Below, piece by piece: positions 36,629 through 45,835 of a DNA stretch of 64,000 nucleotides. The stretch lies in the NCBI GenBank assembly GCA_052034405.1, contig JBPOIO010000020.1:9699-73698 (forward strand). Reading direction: 5' to 3'. Position 1 is the first letter of the stretch. Each line of letters begins with the position of its first letter. A model generated the notes under the pieces. It was not told the origin of the DNA. It searched no databases and saw only the letters and a list, made by a program, of their open reading frames with translations. Both the position numbers and the translations under genes were made by a program. Source of the DNA: Candidatus Magasanikiibacteriota bacterium (GTDB taxonomy: Bacteria; Patescibacteriota; Patescibacteriia; Magasanikbacterales; UBA922).

Positions 36629-37612
36629 ATGTTTGTGCTATACTTAATTTCTATGCAAAAACGACTCTTTCTTATCCTCGGCGCACTCATACTCTGTATT
36701 GCTGCGCTTGTATATCTTCAACGCCATGAAATACAAACTTTGTATCAGAAATTTTTTGTAGCCAAAACTTTGCAAGTACAAAATGAGGCTTCTTCTGAAC
36801 AGGAAGCAAACATAAAAATAACATTTCTCGATATTGGTCAGGGTGATGCTAGTTTTATTGATTGGCCAGATGGGACGCAGATGCTCGTCGATTGTGCTAT
36901 TGATGCTCGTATTCTCGAGGCGCTTGGCCGGGTGATGAGTCCATTTGATCGCAAGATAGACTATCTTGTCGTAAGTCACCCAGATCAAGATCACTATGGT
37001 GGATGTGTCGATGTTTTGAAGCGCTTTGAGGTAAAGCATATTGTCTACAATGGTTACAAAAAAAATAGCAGTCAGTATTTGCCAGTATTTTTGCAGACGG
37101 TCGAGGATGAAAAAAAAGATGGAGCCGAGTATATTGAAGTAGACCATGAACAAAGCTGGACTATCAACAGCTCGACACTGCATTTTCTCTATCCAGATTT
37201 GCCGATCAATAGCCATCCATTTTTGTCAAAAGTTTCAAAAAACGATGTTTCAAACAATACTTCGATTCTCATGATTTTGCAGTATGGACACAAAAAAGTT
37301 ATGTTTACCGGGGACAGCGAATTTGAAGAAGAAAATTATCTGATGAGCAAATTTTCAAGTGCCACCCTCGACGTGGACGTTCTCAAAGTTGGCCATCATG
37401 GAAGTAGTGGGTCGACATCGGATGCCTTCCTCAAAGTTTTGACCCCAGAGTATGCGATTATTTCGTCGGGAAAGGAAAATAAGTATGGACATCCAAGTTT
37501 GCGGACCTTGCATCGCCTTGAACGTGCCAATTCTCAAGTTTGGCGAACGGACACAAGAGGTGATATAATACTTAACATATATGAAGATACAATCATTTTC
37601 CAAAATCACTAA
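36629..37612 (+). CDS. comEC: ComEC C-terminal metallo-beta-lactamase domain, separated from the channel domain by a single in-frame TAG
   Basis: FLDIGQGDASFI...VVSHPDQDHYGG...VGHHGSSGST. Same reading frame as 35117..36616; TAG at 36614-36616. Confidence 0.7.
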   Translation: MFVLYLISMQKRLFLILGALILCIAALVYLQRHEIQTLYQKFFVAKTLQVQNEASSEQEANIKITFLDIGQGDASFIDWPDGTQMLVDCAIDARILEALGRVMSPFDRKIDYLVVSHPDQDHYGGCVDVLKRFEVKHIVYNGYKKNSSQYLPVFLQTVEDEKKDGAEYIEVDHEQSWTINSSTLHFLYPDLPINSHPFLSKVSKNDVSNNTSILMILQYGHKKVMFTGDSEFEEENYLMSKFSSATLDVDVLKVGHHGSSGSTSDAFLKVLTPEYAIISSGKENKYGHPSLRTLHRLERANSQVWRTDTRGDIILNIYEDTIIFQNH

Positions 37613-39077
37613 ATATCTTGTTATTGGGGCAGCCTGTTTTTTTCTTTCAGGGGTGGTCCATGCTGAACCATTTAATTTTGTCGTTAATAGAGGTTTGTGG
37701 ATGTCCAAAAAAGACGTCTTTGCCGGTTCTTCGGTCAAAATTTATGGAGTTGTGGTGAATAATAATTTTTCTACACTTTCTGCTACGGTAGATTTTTTGA
37801 GTAATGGGCAAAGTATTGGTAAAACTCGAGTAGAAAATATAAAATTTGAAGAGGCTCGGCAGGTGTATGTAGAGTATCTTCTTCCTGCTGGAAGTCTCAA
37901 AATGGAAATCAAGCTTGAATCAATTACTGCCAAAGATGCAGAGGGTAAAAATGTGGTTATTTCGGCCGATGAACTTGCTGCTTTTGGTGCAACACAAGAT
38001 TTTTTTATTGATATTGATACAGACAAAGATAAAATCGGAGATACAAAAGACCCTGACGATGACAACGATACCCTCAGTGATGAAGAAGAAAAAGTACGGG
38101 GGACAGATTCTCTTAAAGTGGATAGTGATGCAGATGGTATAAAAGACGCCGAAGAAGTAAAAAAAGGTTTGGATCCAACTCGTGCGGATAGTGATGGAGA
38201 TGGTACAAAAGATGCTCAGGATCTTTTTCCTCTTGATAAAAATGAATGGGCAGATGCAGACAAAGATGCTATTGGGGATAATGCTGATCCAGATGATGAT
38301 AATGATGGAGTACCCGATCAAGATGAAAAAACACAGGGGACAGATCCTGTAAAATCTGATACTGATGGCGATACACTGCTTGAAGGCGAAGAGCAAAAAT
38401 ATGGAACAAATCCATTAAAAAAAGATACAGATGGTGATGGAGTTGATGATAATTTTGAAATTGCCATGAAAACAGATCCTCTCAAAGCGGATACAGATAG
38501 TGATGGCCTTTCGGATAAAGAAGAAGCGACTCAAAAAACGAGTCCGACTATTGCAGATACAGATAGTGATGGGGTTCTCGATGGAACAGAAGTCGCAGCA
38601 AAGAGTAATCCACTTAAAGTTGATAGTGATGGAGACGGGGTACTCGATAAAGACGATGCTTTTCCAAATGATTCCAGTGAATCCAAAGATAGTGATGGAG
38701 ACGAAATTGCTGACAACAAAGACCAGGATGACGATAATGATGGCTTGACAGATGAGGAAGAATTGGGGTACCATACGGACCCATTGAAGGCAGATAGCGA
38801 CGGGGATGGCGTGAGTGATCACGAAGAGGTTCGTAAGGGCACAGACCCCAATAAAGCCGAGACTTCTTGGCTGAGTGTATTCAAAAAAACAGCTTCTGAA
38901 AGTAATTCGAGCAAACAGACTCCAGACTGGGTTTCTAGTTCTCCTTGGAAAAATATTGTTCAGTTTGGAGCTTTGATATCGTTTCTTGCCTTTGTATTTT
39001 TTGCTCTAAAATATCGTTTTAAAAAGAAAGCAATTCAAAAAAATAAAAATTATGACATTCTCAAAGACGACAAATAA
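37581..39077 (+). CDS. Secreted, C-terminally anchored protein with thrombospondin type 3-like calcium-binding repeats
   Basis: Signal peptide. About 15 D-x-D-x-DG-x-x-D-x-x-E repeats. C-terminal TM helix plus basic stop-transfer. Confidence 0.65.
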   Translation: MKIQSFSKITKYLVIGAACFFLSGVVHAEPFNFVVNRGLWMSKKDVFAGSSVKIYGVVVNNNFSTLSATVDFLSNGQSIGKTRVENIKFEEARQVYVEYLLPAGSLKMEIKLESITAKDAEGKNVVISADELAAFGATQDFFIDIDTDKDKIGDTKDPDDDNDTLSDEEEKVRGTDSLKVDSDADGIKDAEEVKKGLDPTRADSDGDGTKDAQDLFPLDKNEWADADKDAIGDNADPDDDNDGVPDQDEKTQGTDPVKSDTDGDTLLEGEEQKYGTNPLKKDTDGDGVDDNFEIAMKTDPLKADTDSDGLSDKEEATQKTSPTIADTDSDGVLDGTEVAAKSNPLKVDSDGDGVLDKDDAFPNDSSESKDSDGDEIADNKDQDDDNDGLTDEEELGYHTDPLKADSDGDGVSDHEEVRKGTDPNKAETSWLSVFKKTASESNSSKQTPDWVSSSPWKNIVQFGALISFLAFVFFALKYRFKKKAIQKNKNYDILKDDK

Positions 39078-39843
39078 AATAGTATTTTTGGCTTTCGTAC
39101 TGAGTATCACTTTTTTCTTTGCACCTGTAGTTCATGCAGATGTTTTGGACTCTGATCATGATGGTTTGACCGATACAGAAGAAACAACACTCTATGCAAC
39201 TGATCCAAATAATGCTGATACCGATGATGATAGTTTTCTTGACGGTCGTGAAGTAGACAGTGGTTATTCTCCACACTTTGGAAAAGGTGCTCGTTTGAGT
39301 CAAACAGATTTTGATGCGGATGGTTTGAACGATGCTATGGAAATTCGTTTTCATACAAACCTTGGCTCCAAAGATAGCGACGGCGATGCTCATCTTGATC
39401 TTGATGAAGTTCTTTTTGGTTATGATCCAAGCTCTGCCTCCACAGACATTCGACTTTCTCGTGCGGTTATTGTAGATCGTAGTACTCAAAGATTGTCTTA
39501 TCAAGTAAGTGGAATAGAAATGAAAAATTTTCCAGTTTCTACTGGAAACCCATTTACTCCAACTCCAGAAGGAGAATTTTCTGTACAAAGAAAACGTGAG
39601 TATGTGGATTATATTGGTGTAGGGTATAGTTACCCTCATACTCGTTGGAATTTGCAATTTTTGCCACATTACTACCTTCATACAGCTTATTGGCATAATG
39701 ATTTTGGTGTTCGTACTCGTTCCCATGGTTGTGTCAATATGCGTGAGGCTGATGCTGGATTTTTGTTCAAATACCTTGAAGTTGGGGTTCCTGTGACCGT
39801 TACTGGAACAACTCCAATTCACCTTTATGTAGCCTCAAAATAA
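39052..39843 (+). CDS. L,D-transpeptidase (YkuD) with N-terminal TSP3-like repeats
   Basis: Signal peptide, DSDHDGLTD/DTDDDSFLDG repeats, YkuD catalytic SHGCVNM. Confidence 0.75.
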   Translation: MTFSKTTNKIVFLAFVLSITFFFAPVVHADVLDSDHDGLTDTEETTLYATDPNNADTDDDSFLDGREVDSGYSPHFGKGARLSQTDFDADGLNDAMEIRFHTNLGSKDSDGDAHLDLDEVLFGYDPSSASTDIRLSRAVIVDRSTQRLSYQVSGIEMKNFPVSTGNPFTPTPEGEFSVQRKREYVDYIGVGYSYPHTRWNLQFLPHYYLHTAYWHNDFGVRTRSHGCVNMREADAGFLFKYLEVGVPVTVTGTTPIHLYVASK

Positions 39844-39852
39844 TGAATCTCT

Positions 39853-41229
39853 ATGAATACTACTCCCTCAATGGATAATCTCATTTCTTTGTGTAAGCGT
39901 CGTGGTTTTGTGTTTCCAGGAAGTGAAATTTATGGTGGTTTGGCCAACTCTTGGGACTACGGTCCACTTGGTGCTCAGCTCAAAAAAAATATCAAAGACT
40001 TTTGGTGGAAAACTTTTGTACAAACTCGTGAAGATATGGTGCCTTTTGATGGGGCAATTTTGATGAACCCACGGGTTTGGGAAGCGTCTGGACATGTGGC
40101 AACGTTTCATGATCCATTGGTAGAAGATGTTGTGACACACAAACGCTATCGTGCAGATCATTTGCTTGAAGATGCTGGAATCAATCCTACAGGAATGACT
40201 ATTGAACAAATGGGGCAGGCTATTGTGGAAAACAAATTAAAAAGTCCAGAAGGAAATCAATTGTCTGCGCCTCGTCAGTTCAATATGATGTTTCAAACAA
40301 CGATTGGTCCTGTGCAAACAGACAGTGATAACATTGTGTATTTGCGTCCAGAAACAGCACAGGCAATGTTTGTAAACTTCAAACAAGTTGCAAGTACAAC
40401 ACGCAAGCGTTTGCCTTTTGGTATTGCTCAGATTGGAAAGGCTTTTCGAAACGAAATTACTCCTGGAAATTTTATTTTCCGAACTTTGGAATTTGAACAA
40501 ATGGAAATTGAGTACTTTCTTGAAGAAAAAGATTGGCAAGAAGTTTTTGAACAGTGGACCAAAGATATTGAAAAATTTGCCCTCGGTCTTGGTATTGATA
40601 CTACAAAAATTCATCATTTTGAAGTGCCTGCAGAAGATCGTGCCCACTACTCCAAACGTACTATTGATTTCATGTTTGATTTTCCTTTTGGTCAAAAAGA
40701 ACTGTGGGGAATGGCTTACCGCACCGATTATGATTTGAATGCACACCAAACACATTCAAAACAATCTCTTGAATATATTGACCCAGATGACAATAAACGC
40801 AAATTTACTCCACATGTGATCGAACCTTCTTTTGGTGTTGATCGTACATTGTTGGCGCTTTTATCAAGTGTGTACAAAGAAGAAATTGTGGCCGAAGGGG
40901 ATACTCGTATTGTGCTTCAATTTTTGCCACATATGGCTCCATACCAAGTAGCCGTACTTCCTCTTATGAAAAAAGACGGTATGAGTGAACGTGCCAAAGA
41001 AATTTATCGCGAATTGCTCAAAGATTTTCGTGTTGACTATGACGAAGCAGGAAGTCTTGGAAAACGCTATCGTCGTGAAGATGAAATTGGTACACCATAT
41101 TGTGTTACGATTGACTACGAGACATTTGAAGATAACGCTGTAACCGTTCGTGATCGTGATACTATGCAGCAAGAACGTATTGCTGTGGCAGAACTCAAAA
41201 ATTATTTAGCACAAAAGATGATTTTTTAA
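39853..41229 (+). CDS. glyQS: Glycyl-tRNA synthetase (alpha2 type)
   Basis: Class II motifs; FVFPGSEIYGGLANSWDYGPLG. Confidence 0.9.
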   Translation: MNTTPSMDNLISLCKRRGFVFPGSEIYGGLANSWDYGPLGAQLKKNIKDFWWKTFVQTREDMVPFDGAILMNPRVWEASGHVATFHDPLVEDVVTHKRYRADHLLEDAGINPTGMTIEQMGQAIVENKLKSPEGNQLSAPRQFNMMFQTTIGPVQTDSDNIVYLRPETAQAMFVNFKQVASTTRKRLPFGIAQIGKAFRNEITPGNFIFRTLEFEQMEIEYFLEEKDWQEVFEQWTKDIEKFALGLGIDTTKIHHFEVPAEDRAHYSKRTIDFMFDFPFGQKELWGMAYRTDYDLNAHQTHSKQSLEYIDPDDNKRKFTPHVIEPSFGVDRTLLALLSSVYKEEIVAEGDTRIVLQFLPHMAPYQVAVLPLMKKDGMSERAKEIYRELLKDFRVDYDEAGSLGKRYRREDEIGTPYCVTIDYETFEDNAVTVRDRDTMQQERIAVAELKNYLAQKMIF

Positions 41230-41231
41230 TT

Positions 41232-42491
41232 ATGTTTGAAAAATATCAACTCAAAAATAAAATGAATGTGCTTTTGGTGCCTCAGACTGATACTCGTAGT
41301 GCCACATTTATGGTGATGTATCCTGTTGGTTCTCGTTACGAAACAGAATCTTTGCGTGGAGCGTCACATTTTGTAGAGCACCTCATGTTCAAAGGGACAC
41401 ACAAACGCAAAAGTACACTTATTTTGACTCGTGAGATTGATAGACTTGGGGCAGAGTACAATGCTTTTACGGGCAAAGAATATACTGCTTACTATATCAA
41501 AGTAGATGCGAATTATTCTCGTATTGCGCTTGATATTCTCTCAGACATGCTCAACAATTCAAGATTTGATCCAAAAGAAATGGAACGTGAAAAAAATGTG
41601 ATTGTCGAAGAACTTCGTATGTATCGCGACAATCCTCTTATGAATATTGATAATTTGTTTGAGGAGCTCATGTTCCAAGGTTCTACATTGGGGAGAGATA
41701 TTGGGGGAACAGATAAACATGTACTCAATTTTGACCGTGATGAAGTCATGGCCTATCACGATAAATATTATAGTCCAAGAAATGCAACATTGGTTGTTGC
41801 TGGGAAAATTGATGATACCCTCAAGCGTTCTATCGAACAGTATTTTGATGTATATGAAAGTGGTGGTAGTTCAAAGCAAAACTTTAAGCCAAGTAATTTT
41901 GGACCAAATGCACACAAAGACCGTTTGATCATTCAAGAAAAAGTAACGGATCAAGTACAGCTTATGCTTGGTTGGCCAGCATTTGCTCGCGGCGATGATC
42001 GAAATTACGCCCTTGGAATACTCAATACTATTTTGGGTGGATCTATGTGTTCACGTTTGTTTATCGAGGTTCGTGAACGTCGAGGTTTGGCATATAGTAT
42101 ACGCAGTGGAAACGAGACATTTCGTGATACAGGATATAGCTCTGTTCGTGTGGGTCTTGATCCAAAAAATCTCAACAAAGCTATTGCGCTTATCAAATCC
42201 GAGATCATGAAGATGCTCGCAAAAGGTGTGACAGACAAAGAACTTCGTGATGCAAAAACACATATTCGTGGATCACTGACTTTGTCACTTGAAGATTCAG
42301 AAACACAGGCAAACTGGTTTGCTCGTAAATCTGTGTTGTATGACGAAATCTCAACTCCAGAAGAAGAACTCCAAAAATTGGAAGCAGTCACCAAAGAAGA
42401 TATTAAAAAAGTTGCAAAATTGATTTTTGATTGGAATAAAACCCGTGTTGCGATTATCGGACCAGTGAAAAAAGACCAAGTCGTATTTTAA
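41232..42491 (+). CDS. M16-family zinc peptidase
   Basis: Inverted zincin motif HFVEHLMFKGT. Confidence 0.8.
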   Translation: MFEKYQLKNKMNVLLVPQTDTRSATFMVMYPVGSRYETESLRGASHFVEHLMFKGTHKRKSTLILTREIDRLGAEYNAFTGKEYTAYYIKVDANYSRIALDILSDMLNNSRFDPKEMEREKNVIVEELRMYRDNPLMNIDNLFEELMFQGSTLGRDIGGTDKHVLNFDRDEVMAYHDKYYSPRNATLVVAGKIDDTLKRSIEQYFDVYESGGSSKQNFKPSNFGPNAHKDRLIIQEKVTDQVQLMLGWPAFARGDDRNYALGILNTILGGSMCSRLFIEVRERRGLAYSIRSGNETFRDTGYSSVRVGLDPKNLNKAIALIKSEIMKMLAKGVTDKELRDAKTHIRGSLTLSLEDSETQANWFARKSVLYDEISTPEEELQKLEAVTKEDIKKVAKLIFDWNKTRVAIIGPVKKDQVVF

Positions 42492-42506
42492 TCTTCATTC
42501 CCTTAT

Positions 42507-43244
42507 ATGAAATACATCTTTGGAAACTGGAAAATGTACTTGAATGTTGAAGACTCGCTTTTGTTGTCACAAGAACTTTCGAGAATAGCATTTTCAGAAG
42601 CAAAAGTTTGTATTTTCCCCAATGCGCTTGTATTTCGCGCTGTACAGGATATTTTGTCTCATAATAAAAACATACAGCTTGGGGCCCAAAACGTCGCTTG
42701 GACGCCTCAGGGAGCCTATACGGGGGCTCTCTCTGCAGAGCTCTACAAACAGTGTCAGGCAGAGTATGCTATTGTTGGTCACAGTGAACGACGATATATT
42801 TTTGGAGAGAGCAATAGTGATGTTCGAAAAAAAGTCGAAGCTTGTTTGGCCGCTCAAATCACTCCTGTAGTGTGTATTGGAGAAACACGTGAAGACAAAG
42901 AATCAAATACCCGAAGTATTCGTTTGAAAGAACAAATACAAGCAGTCTTTGAAAATCTTGATTGTAGCCCGGATCAAAATATTTTTATTGCCTACGAACC
43001 TGTTTGGGCTATTTCTCGAGGAGCTTCGGCCGATCCCTGTCTTCCTGCGGATGTAGAAGATGTGCATGCTTTTATTGTAACAGAAATAAAACACTATACA
43101 GAAAAAACAGTTCCAATTTTGTATGGTGGCAGTGTCAATGCAGAAAACATTTCTTCGTATCTTGATATCCCCAATGTCGATGGTGTCTTGGTAGGAAACG
43201 CATCTACCAAAAAAGAATTTTGGCAATTTGTATCACATTTATAA
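42507..43244 (+). CDS. tpiA: Triosephosphate isomerase
   Basis: FGNWKMY, AYEPVWAI, YGGSVN. Confidence 0.9.
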   Translation: MKYIFGNWKMYLNVEDSLLLSQELSRIAFSEAKVCIFPNALVFRAVQDILSHNKNIQLGAQNVAWTPQGAYTGALSAELYKQCQAEYAIVGHSERRYIFGESNSDVRKKVEACLAAQITPVVCIGETREDKESNTRSIRLKEQIQAVFENLDCSPDQNIFIAYEPVWAISRGASADPCLPADVEDVHAFIVTEIKHYTEKTVPILYGGSVNAENISSYLDIPNVDGVLVGNASTKKEFWQFVSHL

Positions 43245-43247
43245 TCT

Positions 43248-44147
43248 ATGTACGCTCTTTTTCCTTTACTTCTTATCTTTTGTTCTTTTGCCGCGATTAT
43301 TTTTTTGATTGTAAAAAAATTTCCACAACTAACATTGCTTGATGTAGAAAGTATTCCAGAAGTAAAAGAAGAAAAGAAAAAAGATGAGTTTTTGAAAAAA
43401 CGTGCAGAAAAAAAGATCCAAGAAAAAAAAGAAAAAAAGAAAGTGAAGTGGCAACCACTTTTGGATTTTTCAGAGCATCTCCAATCTGGATTTCGCAGTT
43501 TTGTGGGGACTATTGAAAAAAAAGTTTTTCATATTAACTTTGCAAAAAATCGTGAAAAAAAATTGGAAGAGGGAATTACCCCAGAACAAGAGATTGCACT
43601 TCTTGTACACGAAGCTGAAAATGCTCGACATGCTGGAAATTTGGATCAGGCTGAAAAGAAATATATTGAAGTTATTCGTTTGGATCCAAAATATATTGAT
43701 GCCTATCGGGGTCTTGCCGAGGTATATATGGGACTTGGTCAAAAGAAAGAAGCCGAAGAAACCTATCAATTTTTGCATCATTTGCTTCCAAATGACGATA
43801 TGGTTTGTATACGTCTTGCAGAGTTGGCAGAAGAAGAGGGGAAAACGACCACAGCGATTCAATATTATGAGAAATCTTTGCTTCTTAATGACTCTATTGC
43901 GAGCCGTTTTGCGCACCTAGCGGGCCTTTTGGAGGGGGAAAAACAGTACCCAGCTGCACTCGAGGCCATGGAGCAATCTGTGGAGCTAGAACCCCAAAAT
44001 CCAAAATATCTTGACAATCTTATAGAACTTGCTATAATTGTGAGCGATAAAGAACTTGCCGAAGAGACCTACCAAAAGCTTCGCCTGGTAAACCCAGACA
44101 ATCACAAGCTTCCTCTCTTCAAAGACAAGATTCAGGCCCTAGGATAG
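43248..44147 (+). CDS. Membrane-anchored TPR-repeat protein
   Basis: N-terminal TM helix, lysine/glutamate-rich linker, and several TPR units. Confidence 0.55.
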   Translation: MYALFPLLLIFCSFAAIIFLIVKKFPQLTLLDVESIPEVKEEKKKDEFLKKRAEKKIQEKKEKKKVKWQPLLDFSEHLQSGFRSFVGTIEKKVFHINFAKNREKKLEEGITPEQEIALLVHEAENARHAGNLDQAEKKYIEVIRLDPKYIDAYRGLAEVYMGLGQKKEAEETYQFLHHLLPNDDMVCIRLAELAEEEGKTTTAIQYYEKSLLLNDSIASRFAHLAGLLEGEKQYPAALEAMEQSVELEPQNPKYLDNLIELAIIVSDKELAEETYQKLRLVNPDNHKLPLFKDKIQALG

Positions 44148-44164
44148 GGGAAAATATCCACCAT

Positions 44165-44239
44165 GCCGAGATAGCTCAGCGGTAGAGCAGCTGTTTTGTA
44201 AACAGCGGGTCGCAGGTTCAAATCCTGTTCTCGGCTCCA
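44165..44239 (+). tRNA. tRNA-Thr (anticodon UGU), CCA encoded
   Basis: Manual cloverleaf: acceptor GCCGAGA/TCTCGGC, anticodon arm GCTGT-TTTGTAA-ACAGC, T-loop TTCAAAT. Confidence 0.85.
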
Positions 44240-44300
44240 AGATAATTTACTAATTCAAGTAGTTTACTGAAACTCCTGGATATGGTAATGTGAGAGTAAT

Positions 44301-44912
44301 ATGATTACTCTTCAAAAAGAACAATTACCTCAGATTTTAGATCTTTACAATCAAGGACAGAGTGTTCGTGAAATTTCTGAAAAGTTCGATGTTTCTATTG
44401 ATGCAATGTTTTATTTTTTTCGTAAATATAAAATAGTAAGACGAAATGCCTCTGATAGAAATAAAGCTTTCTTTGAAAGAAAACAATTAAGTTTTTGTAT
44501 AAAAGAAAAACTTTCTTTGGAAGAAGAAAAATTAAAAGTTGCAGGTATAATGTTGTATTGGGGAGAAGGTTCGCAGTGGTCAGGAGAGAAGATTGTTGAT
44601 TTTGCAAATAGCAAACCAGAAATGATAAAAATATTTCTTCAATTTTTGCGAGATGTTTGTGGCATTGATGAAAGTAAGCTGCGTGTTTATGTATATGCTT
44701 ATGAAGATCAAGATCTGAAAAAGATAATGAATTTTTGGTCAAAGTTAACTCACATTCCATTAAAAAATTTTTCTAAGCCTTATATTCGAAAAGATTTTAA
44801 GGTTGAGAAGAGTGGAAAAATGGAATATGGACTTGTTCATATTCGATACTACGATAAAAAACTATTGCTTTTGATAAAGCAGTGGATTCAACAGTACGCT
44901 CAACAATATTGA
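44301..44912 (+). CDS. LAGLIDADG-like homing endonuclease candidate with an N-terminal HTH
   Basis: VAGIMLYWGEGSQ resembles a degenerate single LAGLIDADG motif. N-terminal helix-turn-helix. Lies immediately 5' of the intron-containing tRNA-Tyr; its stop is 1 nt from the tRNA 5' end. Confidence 0.4.
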   Translation: MITLQKEQLPQILDLYNQGQSVREISEKFDVSIDAMFYFFRKYKIVRRNASDRNKAFFERKQLSFCIKEKLSLEEEKLKVAGIMLYWGEGSQWSGEKIVDFANSKPEMIKIFLQFLRDVCGIDESKLRVYVYAYEDQDLKKIMNFWSKLTHIPLKNFSKPYIRKDFKVEKSGKMEYGLVHIRYYDKKLLLLIKQWIQQYAQQY

Positions 44913-44913
44913 T

Positions 44914-45203
44914 GGGTCGGTTCCAGAGCGGTCAAATGGGGCAGACTGTAAAAATGCAGCCCTTGAGGGAAACTTCGAGGTAAACTTTTCGGGATAACGG
45001 TGAAGGCTAAGTCCGTAGGCGGATATGCGAACACCGTGGGAACCCCAATATTTATTGGGGGCACCGTAGAGACTAGATACCGAAATACCTAATACTAAAT
45101 AAAATTGGTAATGGTAAAGATATAGTCCACGCCATAGAGAAATCTAGGGATAAGTGAAATCTGCTGGCTTACGCCTTCGCATGTTCGAATCATGCCCGGC
45201 CCA
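44914..45203 (+). tRNA. tRNA-Tyr (anticodon GUA), interrupted by a group I intron; exons 44914-44949 and 45157-45203
   Basis: The joined exons are colinear with E. coli tRNA-Tyr: GGGTCGG TT CCAG AGCGGTCAAA TGGG GCAGA CUGU|AAA TCTGC, long variable arm TGGCTTACGCCTTC, T-arm GCATG TTCGAAT CATGC, acceptor CCGGCCC, discriminator A. Confidence 0.75.
44950..45156 (+). ncRNA. Group I self-splicing intron (~207 nt) in the tRNA-Tyr anticodon loop, between positions 35 and 36
   Basis: P1 is exon CUGU paired with intron GCAG, with a U.G pair at the splice site. R element GTAGAGACTAGA and S element AAGATATAGTCC form P7 (GACTA/TAGTC). The intron ends in G. Confidence 0.7.
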
Positions 45204-45205
45204 CA

Positions 45206-45238
45206 AAAAACTCTCCATATCGGAGAGCTTTTTTATTT
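45206..45238. terminator. Bidirectional rho-independent terminator
   Basis: CTCTCC-ATAT-CGGAGAG flanked by A6 and T6. Confidence 0.6.
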
Positions 45239-45245
45239 TCAATTT

Positions 45246-45707
45246 TTAGAGTGTTTTCAAATCTGCAATAACCTGGTCCACATGATCAGCAGGTTTTACT
45301 ATTTCGTAGTGCCGTATTATTTTACCTTTTTCGTCAATGAGAAATGAGTCGCGTTGTATTCCCATATATTTTCGACCATACAGAGATTTTTCTCCCCACA
45401 CTCCATATTTTTCAACCACTTTTTTTTCTGTATCTGCAAGCAGGGGAAAGTTGAGCCCAAATTTCTCGGCAAATTTTTGGTGTTTTTTGACATCGTCACA
45501 ACTGACACCAAGTACTTGCACTCCAAATTTTTTGAGTTCATTGAGGCGATCACGAAAACTACAGGCTTCGGTGGTGCATCCTGGTGTGTCATCTTTGGGG
45601 TAAAAATAGAGCAAGACTTTTTTGCCAAGATAGTCTTTGAGTGCCTGTTTTTTGTTGCTTTGATCAAGAAGTGAAAATGCGGGGGCTTTTTTATTGAGAA
45701 GATCCAT
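45246..45707 (-). CDS. bcp: Peroxiredoxin, Bcp type
   Basis: PKDDTPGCTTEACSFRD peroxidatic Cys motif. Start taken at MDLLNKKAP. Confidence 0.8.
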   Translation of the reverse strand: MDLLNKKAPAFSLLDQSNKKQALKDYLGKKVLLYFYPKDDTPGCTTEACSFRDRLNELKKFGVQVLGVSCDDVKKHQKFAEKFGLNFPLLADTEKKVVEKYGVWGEKSLYGRKYMGIQRDSFLIDEKGKIIRHYEIVKPADHVDQVIADLKTL

Positions 45708-45835
45708 AAAAAAAATTAAACGTGAGTATATTTTTATTGTAACTGAATTTGTACTTATCCACAAGGGGCTCTTTTTTTTGCAATACGTGTTATACTAAAT
45801 ATAATTCCTTTGTCTTTATTTTTAACCTTTTCTCT

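Noticed and set aside
37915-38820. Possible CRISPR-like or tandem DNA repeat
   Set aside because: Periodicity is at the protein level (degenerate D-x-D-x-DG repeats of varying length) with no conserved direct repeat or spacer structure in the DNA.
37742-38822. Several 60-160-aa ORFs on both strands within the TSP3-repeat gene
   Set aside because: Repetitive GAT/GAC-rich coding sequence generates alternative-frame ORFs; only the signal-peptide-bearing frame gives a coherent repeat protein.
44165-44912. Considered whether tRNA-Thr(UGU) plus the downstream ORF form an intron-containing tRNA with an intronic homing endonuclease
   Set aside because: tRNA-Thr is complete and colinear (75 nt with CCA). 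The ORF lies between two tRNAs, not inside an intron; the intron is in the following tRNA-Tyr.
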